Positions 26,250 to 38,174 of a DNA stretch of 64,000 bases are shown here, one piece after another. The position numbers and the translations under genes were made by a program. Source of the stretch: Octopus vulgaris (lineage: Eukaryota). Below the pieces are notes generated by a model. The model was not told the origin of the DNA. It did no database searches and saw nothing but the letters and a program-made list of their open reading frames with translations. Position 1 is the stretch's first letter. Each line of letters starts with the position of its first letter. The DNA lies in the NCBI GenBank assembly GCA_951406725.2, contig OX597836.1, positions 46,748,001 to 46,812,000 of the forward strand. Reading direction: 5' to 3'.

Positions 26250-28110
26250 GTCGTGAGTTGATTGATAAAATAAACACCAGTTGAGCATTGGGGTTGATTT
26301 AATTGACTTACTCCTCCCCCCCCCCCCGACGCTGCTGGCCTTGTGCCAAAATTTGAAATCAATATTTATTAATGAATGAAGGTGGGGAGCTGGCAGAATC
26401 TTTAGCCCCCTAGGCAAAATGTTCAGGGCATTTCATTGGTCTTCAAGTTCTGAGTTCAAATTCCACCTTTCATCCTTATGGAGTCAACAAAATATGTACC
26501 AGCTGAACATCATCATCATTTAACGTCCGCTTTCCATGCTAGCATGGCAAACCAGAAGGCTTCACCAGACTCCAATCTGATCTGGCAGAGTTTCTATAGC
26601 TGGATGCCCTTCCTAACGCCAACCACTCCAAGAGTGTAGTGGGTGCTTTTACGTGTCACCGTCATGAGGGCCAGTCAGGCAGTACTGGCAACAGCCACAC
26701 TCAAATTGTGTTATTTATGTGCCACCTGCACAGGAGCCAGTCCAGTGGCATTGGCAACGACCTCGCCAGTAAGGCAGTGCAGGTAACGATCACACTCGAA
26801 TGGTACTTTTTACGTGCCACCAGCATGGAGGCTAGTTTGTTGCTTTGGCAACGATCATACTCGTATGGTACTCTTAGCGCTCCACTAGCATGGATGACAG
26901 TCATCAAATTTGATTTTGATTTCAACTGGGGCTGATTTAATCTCCCCCTGACACTGCTGGTTCTGAGCCAAAATTTGAAACCAATATTTGCACGTAAAAA
27001 GCACCATCCGACTGTGGCCGTTTGCCAGCCTCCCCTGGCACCTGTACCGGTGGCACATAAAAAGCACCCACTACACTCACGGAGTGGTTGGCGTTAGGAA
27101 GGGCATCCAGCCGTAGAAACATTGCCAGATCAGACTGGAGCCTGGTGCAGCTTTCTGGCTTCCCAGACCCCAGTTGAACTGTCCAACCCATGCTAGCATG
27201 GAAAGCGGACGCTAAATGATGATGATGATGATGATGATGATGAATTAAGGCAGTGAGCTGGCAGAATCTTCAGCACGCTGAGTAAAATGCTTGGCAGCAT
27301 TTCGTCTGTTCTTACATTTTGAGTTCAAATCCCACCAAAGTTGACTCTGCCTTTCATCTGTTCAGGGTTGATAAGATAAGTACTAGTTGAGTACAGGGGT
27401 CATTGTGATTGACTAGCCTCAAACTCTGAAATTGCTGGCCTTGTGCTAAAATTCGAAACTAGTATCTAGAAATGAAAAGGAACCGTGAGCTGGTGGAATC
27501 CTTACTGTGCTGGGCAAAGTGCTTAGTGGCACTTCGTCCATCTTTACATTCTGAAGTTGGCTTTGCATTTCCTCCTTTCAGGGTTTATAAAATAAGTACC
27601 TGTTGAGGATTCATCATCATCATCATCATCATCATTTAGCGTCCGCTTTCCATGCTAGTATGGGTTGGACGGTTCAACTGGGGTCTGGGAAGCCAGAAGG
27701 CTGCACCAGGCCCAGTCTGATCTGGCAATGTTTCTATGGCTGGATGCCCTTCCTAATGCCAACCAGTCCGTGAGTGTAGTGAGTGCTTTTTACGTGCCAC
27801 CGGCACAGGTGCCAGATGGGGTTGGCAAACGGCCACGGTTGGATGGTGCTTTTTACGTGCCACTGCCACGGGGGCCAGATAAGGCTGGCAAACGGCCACG
27901 GTCGGATGGTGCTTTTTACGTGCCACCGGCACAGTTGCCAGACGGGGCTGGCAAACGGCCATGGTCGGATGGTGCTTTTTATGTGCCACCGCCACAGGGG
28001 CCAGGCCAGGCTGGCAAACGGCCACAGTCGGATGGTGTTTTTTACGTGCGAGGTTGATATAATCAACCTTCAAATTGCTGGCCTTGTGCCAAAATTTGAA
28101 AACAATATTT
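26250..28110. mobile_element. Cluster of nested family B and family C elements in both orientations
   Basis: Family C at 26510-26925 (-), 26990-27242 (+) and 27612-28049 (-), inserted among family B fragments. Confidence 0.8.
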
Positions 28111-28984
28111 GTAAATGAATGATCAGTAATATATTCTATACAATCTGTGAGTTATGCAGGAACTTTTTTAAGAAACATTTTTAGTTATAAACAAATCTTT
28201 TATCAAAGCTTTTTTTTTTAATATGGAAACAAGAAGAATTACTCTTGAGATTTGTTGAGAGTGTGCAGGAGGGGAGGGTGTCATTCAGTTGGGAAAGAGA
28301 AGTTATTGATGTTCGTTAATGCTTTGGTAATTTCATTAGATAATGGCTTAATAGCTTTAACATGTTTTATAGGTTTCTGGTGGGCTTTATAATTAGGAAT
28401 TTACATCAAGGCATTTACTATTATATTAATGAAAGAAAGCACTAATATTATTATTATTATTATTCGTGGTGGTGGTGGTAGTAATGTTATTGATAGCACT
28501 ATTATTATTATTATTATTATTATTATTATCATCATCAATGTTGTTTATGCAGCTCCAATTCGGAATATGACTTTTCACAGATTACTTGATAAAAATTTTA
28601 TTTTGTTAATTTTTTTCATTCTGAAGTTATGGACATTTCCACCAGACAGCCATTTGTAACTTTGTTTGCTTTTCATAATGGCTGTAGCAGTGGTAGTAGG
28701 AAGAGGTGAATGTTACAGTGGTGGTGGTGGTGGTGGTAGTAACTATGATAAAACAAAATGTTTACACCAACCCTCAGGATTTTTCCATCCCATCTCCCTC
28801 AGAAAAATAGATTTAAGAAACAAACAGACATAACCAATTAATAGAATTGCAAGTACAAACATTTACAAACATTTACAACCCAACCATAAAACAATACACA
28901 CAAGGTGAATACTGGAAATGGTGATTTGAAAGAGGGAATACGAATTTATATTGCTGAGATGAGAGATTGATATTGTGCATACTG

Positions 28985-29400
28985 TTGGATTGGTGTCCTC
29001 AGCTGGAGTGTCGCTTTCACTACGTTTTAGCTGTTGTATTCTCCTGCCTTCTTCAGGTGTCTTGTGTTGAATTCAGTTGCTGTATGCTTGTGATATGCAT
29101 AGCATGGTAGATAAAGACGTTGGTTCACCTAGAGGTACTAAGATCAATCCCAGGCAATGCACTAAGGTAATTCACAAAAAAAAAATCAATGGAAGCAAAA
29201 AGAAAATGTCACAGAAAGCAGAGAACAGAGGGAGAAAAATGTACTCCCCCCCCGACCCGTGGATCAGGGGTAGGTGCAAAATTCTGATACAACAGAATTC
29301 AGTAGAAGACACCTGAAGAAGGGTAGAGCATGCAACAGCTGAAATGTAGTGAAAATTAACAATTGAAATGAGGACATCAGTCTGACTGATATAAATAGTA
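28985..29400. mobile_element. Two diverged, oppositely oriented PLE-type termini, each with a degenerate hammerhead motif
   Basis: Minus 29018-29059: cac-CTGAAGA-aggc..gct-AAAA-c-GTA-gtg. Plus 29310-29351: cac-CTGAAGA-agg..ct-GAAA-t-GTA-gtg. Confidence 0.65.
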
Positions 29401-29752
29401 TCCATGAAAGGGGGAAATAGTAAAATGGTCAACAATGACACGAGAATGTCTCTGGGTCTGTGCCATTCTAGGAAACTAAGAAAACATGAAGATTTGTCAA
29501 AAAAGACAACAGGGATTTGTTTGAGAGATTTATCCAATGTAAAGCAAGGAATAAAATGACATGGCTACATTTTGTGAATAAAAAGAAACAAAGCCATGTT
29601 TACCTAAGAGAGGAACTTGAGGAAATTCCACCAACATGTAGCAAGAAATTCATTTAGAGGAAATTCCACCAACATATCGAAGCATGTAAAGACAGATGAA
29701 ATGCCGCTAAGCATTTTGCCTAGCATGCTAATGATTCTGCCAGCTCACCACC

Positions 29753-29813
<61 letters not shown>

Positions 29814-29895
29814 TGATGATAATGATTATGATGATGATGACGATAATGATGATGAAGATGACGATGATGATGATGATGATGATGATAATAATAAT

Positions 29896-30450
29896 CACAT
29901 CTCACTCCTCTGGAACTTCACTATTCAAACTGACAGAAAGATAGTTGCAAATAGGCCAGACATCATATTGAAAGACTTCAGACAAAGAATATGCCTCCTC
30001 ATTGATATGACTGTCCAAGTCAACATAAATTTATCTGTCAAGACCTACCAAAATCTGAGTAAATATAAAGATCTTGAAATAGAAATGAGCAAAATGTGGA
30101 ACCTCAAGACTAAAACAATACCTGTTGTCATAGGTGCCCTAGGAACGATAGCAAAAGGGACTGATTCCAACCTAGCTCAGACACCAGGAAATACCAAAAT
30201 GGCAGAAATTCAAAAGATAGGAATTGCCCATATCCTACACAAAATACTTTCCATGTAATCTCAAGTTTTAAAACAAACACAATTTTCTTATGGTTTCTTA
30301 AACATTCTCTAGAACAAAACTATGTACAAAACCAAATATATGGCTCCCTAGGCATAACACTAGCATGAACATCCAACTTGTCTCTTGAGGTCTCTGGGTG
30401 AGACTTGGAGCCAACTTGTACAAATGTAAAGCAAAAGTCAAACATAAGAT

Positions 30451-30452
<2 letters not shown>
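29896..30452 (+). mobile_element. R4/Dong-clade non-LTR retrotransposon 3' end (restriction-like endonuclease) inserted in (TAA)n
   Basis: LLWNFTIQTDRKIVANRPDII...LLIDMTV...KYKDLEIE...WNLKTKTIPVVIGALG (PD-(D/E)-type RLE), stop at 30258, then 3'UTR. (aat)n on both sides. Confidence 0.9.
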
Positions 30453-30511
<59 letters not shown>

Positions 30512-31017
30512 GTTTCAAATTTTGGGGAGGAGTAAATCGGTTACATCAACTCCAGTGCACTTCTGTTATTTATTTTATCAACCCCCAAAAGAGATGAAAG
30601 GCAAATATACATATGTGCACACACACACACACATACACACACATACACACGTACACACACACACACACACACATTCAGGTAATTGCAATTATTATAAACA
30701 AAAGCTCAGGTGCAGCTACGTGGAAAGAAGTTTGTTTCCTAACCATATGGTTCAAGGTTCAATCCTACTGTGTGGCACACCTTGGGTAAGTATCTTCTAC
30801 TATACCCTCTGACCTACCAAATCATTGCTAGTGGATTTCGTAGGTGGAAACTGTAAGAATCCCAACATGTATATATATATATATATATATATAAATTTAA
30901 CAATTAAGGATAAAATCTTAATAAGGAATCTTAACAAGAAATAATTAGGTAGTTAGCGTGAAAAACCTCATAAGAGAAAAAATCCGAAAATAATTTTTTC
31001 ACTTGAAAATATTTATT

Positions 31018-31395
31018 TATATTGTATAGAGGGCATTATTACACATAAATGCCACACGCTAAGAGGGACATAAGTCATTACTACCAAAATTTAACTAATC
31101 ATACCGAATGCAGCTCTCGAAGCAAGACATTTAAAAAACTGAATTTATTAAATTGGTTTAGTTTGAAACAAGGTGGCAGACAAGATCTCCCCACCAAAGA
31201 AGTCGACAATTGTAATTTTTGAGCCAATAATTGTAATTTCTGAGTTGATGATCGTAATGTTTGAGACAATTCAGTTTTTTAAATGTCTTGCTTCGAGAGC
31301 TGCATTCGGTATGATTAGTTAAATTTTGGTAGTAATGACTTATGTCCCTCTTAGCGTGTGGCATTTATGTGTAATAATGCCCTCTATACAATATA
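31018..31395. repeat. 128-bp perfect inverted repeat with 122-bp spacer
   Basis: Arms at 31018-31145 and 31268-31395. Confidence 0.95.
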
Positions 31396-31458
31396 TATAT
31401 ATATATATTATATATACATACATAAGAGAACAAGATGTACGTTACGCCGCAATAATAT

Positions 31459-31889
31459 TACTCTTTTACTCTTTTACTCTTTTACTCTTTTACTTGTTTC
31501 AGTCATTTGACTGCGGCCATGCTGGAGCACCGCCTTTAATCGACCAACTCGACCCCGGGACTTATTTTTTTTTATAAGCCCAGTACTTATTCTATCGGTC
31601 TCTTTTGCCGAACCGCTAAGTAACGAGGACATAAACACACCAACATCGGTTGTCAAGCAATGCTAGGGGGACAAACACAGACACACAAACACACACACAC
31701 ACACATATATATATATACATATATACGACAGGCTTCTTTCAGTTTCCGTCTACCAAATCCACTCACAAGGCATTGGTCGGCCCGAGGCTATAGCAGAAGA
31801 CAGTTGCCCAAGATGCCACGCAGTGGGACTGAACCCGGAACCATGTGGTTGGTAAACAAGCTACTTACCACACAGCCACTCCTGCACCT
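31459..31889 (-). mobile_element. SINE family A
   Basis: Full-length consensus. Confidence 0.9.
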
Positions 31890-32064
31890 ATATATGTATA
31901 AAAAAATATATATGAAAATACAAAATGGGACAAGAACGCAAAACACTCACAGAGATGACACAAAAAACGGACGGGTCCAAATGACCCGTCCGTTATTTTG
32001 TGTCGTCTCTGTGAGTGTTTTGTGTTCTTGTCCCATTTTGTATTTTTATATATATTTTTTATAC

Positions 32065-32070
<6 letters not shown>
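31890..32070. repeat. About 88-bp inverted repeat with 5-nt loop, made of a PLE-type terminus
   Basis: Arms at 31890-31977 and 31983-32070. Arm sequence is related to 12260-12330 and 46435-46510. Confidence 0.9.
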
Positions 32071-32100
<30 letters not shown>

Positions 32101-32108
<8 letters not shown>

Positions 32109-32765
32109 GTAATAATTTGAATTCGCCTTAAATGGTCCCTTTGCATACTGAACACTTGGTGAAATTGATTAATAATTAATTAATTTTACCCTCAATTGTT
32201 GAAATTATAATTAATCTCCCTCTAATTAATGCTTCGGATTTTACCGAAATAAGCATAGTGTTTGCTGATTTTAACCCACGCTGGTGGAAAGGGGAGAACA
32301 GAAATTCTTCGCTTGCATATTTGAGTTTGTTGGCACTGTTAGTTACGAGCAGATCTTCGAAAGCGATGAGAAGCCGAAAGGGTATGCTCTCACTTTCAGT
32401 GTTTTCAAATCCAAACCAAGGAGTTTCTGAGCTGATGATAGAAGTGTCGTGTTGACTAATCTTGAAACGTACGTTCTCAAATAACCTTTGCATTTGATTT
32501 TTTGATGTCTTTACCCCCAAACTTTCGTGAGTTGAGTTGCGCAAACACTATATGAGAGAGGTTTTCTTTAAGTATTAGAAATAGTTTTAAAAAAGTTTTT
32601 TAGCTGCTATTTCTAATGAGTTCAGTATGCGGCAAAGTAATTTATTTTACTAAGCCCTTTTATATAATGTAATAATTTGAATTCGCCTTAAATGGTCCCT
32701 TTGCATACTGAACACTTGGTGAAATTGATTAATAATTAATTAATTTTACCCTCAATTGTTGAAAT
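32101..32765 (+). mobile_element. Retrozyme-like / non-autonomous PLE-type element: 105-bp terminal direct repeats, 560-nt unit, central hammerhead
   Basis: Direct repeats at 32101-32205 and 32661-32765, (TA)n on both sides, hammerhead motif at 32428-32479. Confidence 0.75.
32428..32479 (+). ncRNA. Type I hammerhead ribozyme motif
   Basis: UGAG-CUGAUGA-[uagaagugucguguugacuaaucuu]-GAAA-C-GUAC-GUU-CUCA. Helix I UGAG/CUCA, intact core, palindromic stem-III loop, predicted cleavage after 32475. Confidence 0.8.
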
Positions 32766-32787
32766 ATATATATATATATATATACAC

Positions 32788-32886
<99 letters not shown>

Positions 32887-33442
32887 GGGTTGATTCATTT
32901 GACTAAATAAAATTCTTCAAATAGTGCCCCAGCATGGCCGTAGTCTAAATGACTGAAATGAGTAAAAGGTCGAGGATAAAAGATATACATACATGTTTGT
33001 GTGTGTATATAACTCATATAAATATACATGCACACAAATGCAAACACACAAACTTACACACACACACACAGGCACATGCACACACACACATGCACACATA
33101 CAAACACACACACACACGTATCCGTGGGTAATATTTATAAACAGACATTTGTATTAGAACAATTACATATATATGTATATCTACGAGTGTGTAAGTGTAT
33201 GTGTGTGTGTGTTTGTAAATGTGTGTGTGTGTGTGAAGGAGTCTTTGAGTGCGAGTGTTTCAAGCAATTTACTCATCAGAATAGATGTAATTAGTGTCCA
33301 GTTGGCTCTTATTAGATTTGATCAACAAGCTGGCCGCGATCCAATCTGCTTAATCTTTGATTATATCCACGAAATCAATCTAGAATTCTTCCAGAATTCA
33401 CTTCCTTCACCTGATCTCTTTTATCATTAACCGAATTACCAT

Positions 33443-33900
33443 TATTGTCTCAAACATTACAATCATCAACTCAGAAATTACGATTATTGGCTCAAAAATT
33501 ACAATTGTCAACTCAAAAATTACAATTATTGGCTCAAAAATTACAATTGTCAACTCAAAAATTACAATTATTGGCTCAAAAATTACAATTGTCAACTCAA
33601 AAATTACAATTATTGGCTCAAAAATTACAATTGTCAACTCAGAAATTATGATTATTGGCTCAAAAATTACAATTGTCAACTCAAAAATTACAATTATTGG
33701 CTCAAAAATTACAATTGTCAACTCAAAAATTACAATTATTGGCTCAAAAATTACAATTGTCAACTCAAAAATTACAATTATTGGCTCAAAAATTACAATT
33801 GTCAACTCAAAAATTACAATTATTGGCTCAAAAATTACAATTGTCGACTTCTTTGGTGGGGAGATATTGTCTGCTACCTTGTTTCAAATTAAACCAATAT
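33443..33900 (+). repeat. 42-bp minisatellite (dimer of related 21-mers), about 9 units, inside a sequence also present unexpanded at 31146-31270
   Basis: Unit ggctcaaaaattacaattgtcaactcaaaaattacaattatt. Confidence 0.95.
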
Positions 33901-34578
33901 AATAAAGAATCTGACATGGGTTGTGAGCCTTTATAGTAGAGGTTCAATCTATCTGACAGTCTGCCTTACAATTTCCCTCACAGAACTACAGTAAAGGGCT
34001 CTTGACCATCTTCCTCCCCCATCCCATCATCATCATCATCATCAGCAGCATCATTATCATCAATTCATGTCCATTTTCCATGCTGGCATGGGTTGGACAC
34101 TTTGGCAGGAGCTAGCAAGACAGAGGGCTGCACTAGGCCCTAGTCATCTGTTTTGGTATGGTTTCTATGGCTGGATGCCCTTTCTAATGCTAACCACTTT
34201 ACAGGGTGTACTGGGTGCTTTTTTACATGGCACCAGCATGAGTGCCTTCGATTCTTTTTTATGTGGCACTGGTACAAGTGATTTTCATGTGGCACCAGCA
34301 CAGGTGCATTTTACATGGTGCCATGTAGAATTGAACATGGAGCCATGTGTTTGAAAAGTAAATTAACCTACTCCTGTGGGTGCAGGCATGGCTGTGTGGT
34401 AAGAAGCTTGTTGCCCAACCACATGATTCTGGGTTCAGTCCCACTGCATGGTAACTTGGGCAAGTGTCTTCTACTATAGCCTCGGGCCGACCAAAGCCTT
34501 ATGAGTGGATTTGGCAGACAGAAACTAAAAGAATTCCATTGTATATATGTATGTGTGTATGTATGTATATATATATAG

Positions 34579-34609
<31 letters not shown>

Positions 34610-35809
34610 TCTATAATTATATACATAATTATAATCTGGGGTTAGTTAAGTGCTTCACCAACGTACTGAATTAGAAATAGACACTAATGTCCTTTCAACT
34701 ACCATAAAAATGGGTAGGTAGGTAGGTAGGTAGGTAGATAGACAGACAGACAGACAGACAGAGAGATAGATAGATATACTTCATCATCATTATCATTTAA
34801 TATCTGCTTTCCATGCTGGCATGAGTTGAACAGTTTGACAGAATCTGGCAAGCTATAGAGCTGTGTCAGTCGCCAGAATCAGCTTTGGCTTGGTTTCTAT
34901 AGTTTGCTGCCCTTCCTAATGCCAACCACTCTTGAGTGTGTACTGGGTACTTCTTTTCTTGACACCAGCACCAATGAAGTTATCAAGTAGCTTGTAAGAC
35001 AAAGAAAAGAAAGGAAAAGGAAAAGCCTTTCTTGGACTGAGTGGGAGTGGCTTTCAGAAAAGTGGGTGTGGCTTTATACAGATTTTAAAGGCTAAAGTAT
35101 AAGAGAGTGACAAGTGCAGTTACCTTGTGATGGAGGAAGTACAAGGCTGCTCGTCCACATTACATGAAGATGAGTGAGAAGAAAAAGAAGAGAGATAAAG
35201 ATGGTGGAAGATGAATACAAGGGAGGAGAGAAAGAGTCGATCAGGAGGATGGTGTTGAAGGGGAGTAATTTCATAAGGTAGTGAAAATAGGGTAACAATC
35301 AGAGGCACACAACTGTGGAGGGCAGCAGTGTCATAAATCGATTGACAGATGAGAAAGAAGGGAGGTGATGTGAGGGGGTAAGAGTGGAGGATGAATGGAA
35401 AGAGTAACAGTTGCAGGGATGGAAGTTAGAGATATATGAGGGTGGCTATAAAGGGTGGAGAAACAAAGGTAGGGTTTGCATCAATAGCAGACATGATAGG
35501 ATGTTGAGTTTGATGGCAGACAGGAGAGGTGTTAAAGGTGAGATATGGCAGCCCCAAGATATAGCTCAAAGAGGCAGGAGAGATAACTGAAAATGCAGAA
35601 AAGGGGTCATTGGTGGGAAGTAGTATGGGAAGGGATGATACTGAGAATGAGATATGGAGCTTAAAAGGGAATGATTTTATGGGGAGGTAACTGGTAATGC
35701 AAAACAGAAGGTATGAGATGTTGGGATATGCTTGAGGTGAGTAAATTGGATGTGGGGCCCAGCATATAGAGGCATAACACAATGCTTTTAGGACCTCAAT
35801 TTTGCTGCT

Positions 35810-36150
35810 GCCCAGAGGTTTTCTTGAGCAAGGTCAATCACCAATCATCTCAGTTCTTTGATACCTATTCCATGAGGATCAACATCTTGAGATCAACCTT
35901 CACTATTTCATATCTCAGCTTCCCGAGTCCCCCTCTTCCACAAGTTCCATCCACCTTAAGCAACGGACACTTATCTACTTATTTATACAGCTGTTCTTAT
36001 CCACTCACATCACATGACGAAACCATCAGTCTCCTCTCTTGCACACTACATCTGATTCCTCTTCTGCCTAATTTTTTCTCTCAATACATTATCACTTTGT
36101 CATACATGCACACTGATGTTGAACATCCAGTAGAGCATACAAGCTTCTTT
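35810..36150 (-). mobile_element. RTE LINE 3' ORF remnant
   Basis: Reverse complement contains gtgcaagagaggagactgatggtttcgtcatgtg (VQERRL..WFxHV), homologous to 55360-55400. Confidence 0.7.
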
Positions 36151-36446
36151 CCTTTTTCCTCTCCACATTTTCTCTGCATTCAGGGCACATTTTCATGTAA
36201 TTTTTCTGTTTATTCACAAACATCATACAATTTGCCTTTTACACTGAAACAGCCTTTTTGTTACCAACAGTAGTAATAGCTCTCTGAACATTCTCCATCC
36301 TATTCTTACTCTAGCAATTATACTTTCAGAATATCTACATTTCCCTACTAATTAAGTTACCTAGGTAACGGAAACAGTCTACTATGTCGATGGATCCCCC
36401 TAGGCTTTTTAGATTATCTACCTATTTAAAGCTTACTGTGCTTTTG

Positions 36447-36483
<37 letters not shown>

Positions 36484-36538
36484 ATACAAAGTATTAATGA
36501 GATAATCAGAGAAGGAAAGAAAGAGTGATATATATATG

Positions 36539-36601
<63 letters not shown>

Positions 36602-36739
36602 TATATGTATATATATATCATCATCATCGTCGTTTAACGTCCGTTTTCCATGCTAGCATGGGTTGGACGGTTCAACTGGGGTCTGGGAAGCCAGAAGGCT
36701 GCACCAGGCCCAGTCTGATCTGGCAATGTTTCTACGGCT

Positions 36740-36790
<51 letters not shown>

Positions 36791-36981
36791 AGAGAGAGAA
36801 AGAGAGAGAGATAAATAGATAAGATAGATGGATAGATAGATACATACATACATATCAGTATATATACGTAATTAATTAGCAAAACAGAGAAAAATAATAA
36901 GAAAAAAAAAACAATGTGAGGGCATAGTACATACAAAGTATTAATGAGATATTCAGAGAAGGAAAGAAAGAGTGATATATA

Positions 36982-37025
<44 letters not shown>

Positions 37026-37617
37026 TATATATATATATATGTGTATAAATGTGTGTATATATGTATACACACACACATATATATCTTCTTTTCTAGTCAT
37101 TCTACCATGCTGGACTGCTGAACTCTACTCAGTTTTTCTCTCTGCATTTTTATCATTCTCTCACAATTCTTTCCTCTTAGTCCTTTCTGCTGAAGAGCAT
37201 AGGCTCGAAATGTAAAAGACTTTTTTCATTTTTTTCTTCAGTGTTAAACTAATACACCTGCTTGTTGTTCCTACACTTGTCTTATCTTTTGTTTTTTTGT
37301 AAATTTGAATCATATATATATATATACATATACACATACATATAGATACATGCATGCATATATACATATACTCACACGCAAATGCCAATGTGTGTGCATA
37401 CATACAAACTTGCATGCATATACACAGACACATGCATTATCTCGATGCTACCACCACATACACCACCAAAACCTAATGCCAACACTAACTGATAATACAA
37501 ATGTTTGCCTGACATTAAAATTGTAGCAGATATCAGCAAAAACTACACAATCGCATCCCAAACACCACCACCATCACCCAGTTTCTAAGGCTCTGTATGA
37601 GTGTATATATATATATA

Positions 37618-38154
37618 TAAACAAGTCAAATTGCGATAAAATAAAAATAATTTTTATCGCTGGTATTTCTAGCACAAGCCATATATTTTTCATATATCAG
37701 TACATTAAGGCGAAATATGTGCTAGGAACACAGAAGCTAGATAAATTTAGTGAAATAAAGATAAAAACATTTACTAACTCGGTTCCTCTTAGACTGCAGT
37801 TTCTTTCTTTTCAGCAATAAAGATAATTTATTTGCTCAGGGAGAATTCATCGGTAAGAGCCCTGTTGTTCTGAGATCCTAACTCACTAGAAGCATGTGCT
37901 TCTAATGATTTACTCTCTCTAACTAATCAGATCACTGCGCAGACTCAGAACGTCCCGACAAAACTAGGGATTTCTGGTATATCGTCTAGCGCTCAAAATT
38001 TATCGAGAAATATGTAAACAAGTCAAATTGCGATAAAATAAAAATAATTTTTATCGCTGGTATTTCTAGCACAAGCCATATATTTTTCATATATCAGTAC
38101 ATTAAGGCGAAATATGTGCTAGGAACACAGAAGCTAGATAAATTTAGTGAAATA
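37618..38154 (-). mobile_element. Retrozyme-like / non-autonomous PLE-type element: 140-bp terminal direct repeats, 397-nt unit, central hammerhead
   Basis: Direct repeats at 37618-37757 and 38015-38154, (TA)n on both sides, several internal hairpins, hammerhead motif at 37786-37859 (-). Confidence 0.75.
37786..37859 (-). ncRNA. Type I hammerhead ribozyme motif (U4C core variant, long stem II)
   Basis: Minus strand: CUCUUA-CCGAUGA-[auucucccug-agcaaauaaa-uuauc-uuuauugcu-gaaaagaaa]-GAAA-C-UGCA-GUC-UAAGAG. 6-bp helix I, GUC site, palindromic UGCA loop. Confidence 0.78.
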
Positions 38155-38174
38155 TATATATATATATATATCTT

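Noticed and set aside
33252-33285. Hammerhead-like ctgatgag..gaaac on the minus strand
   Set aside because: No downstream NUH site or helix I partner; the sequence runs into a microsatellite.
33407-33936. Heptad or leucine-zipper-like repeat ORFs (QKLQLLA/QKLQLST)
   Set aside because: Product of a 42-bp DNA minisatellite that is open in several frames on both strands.
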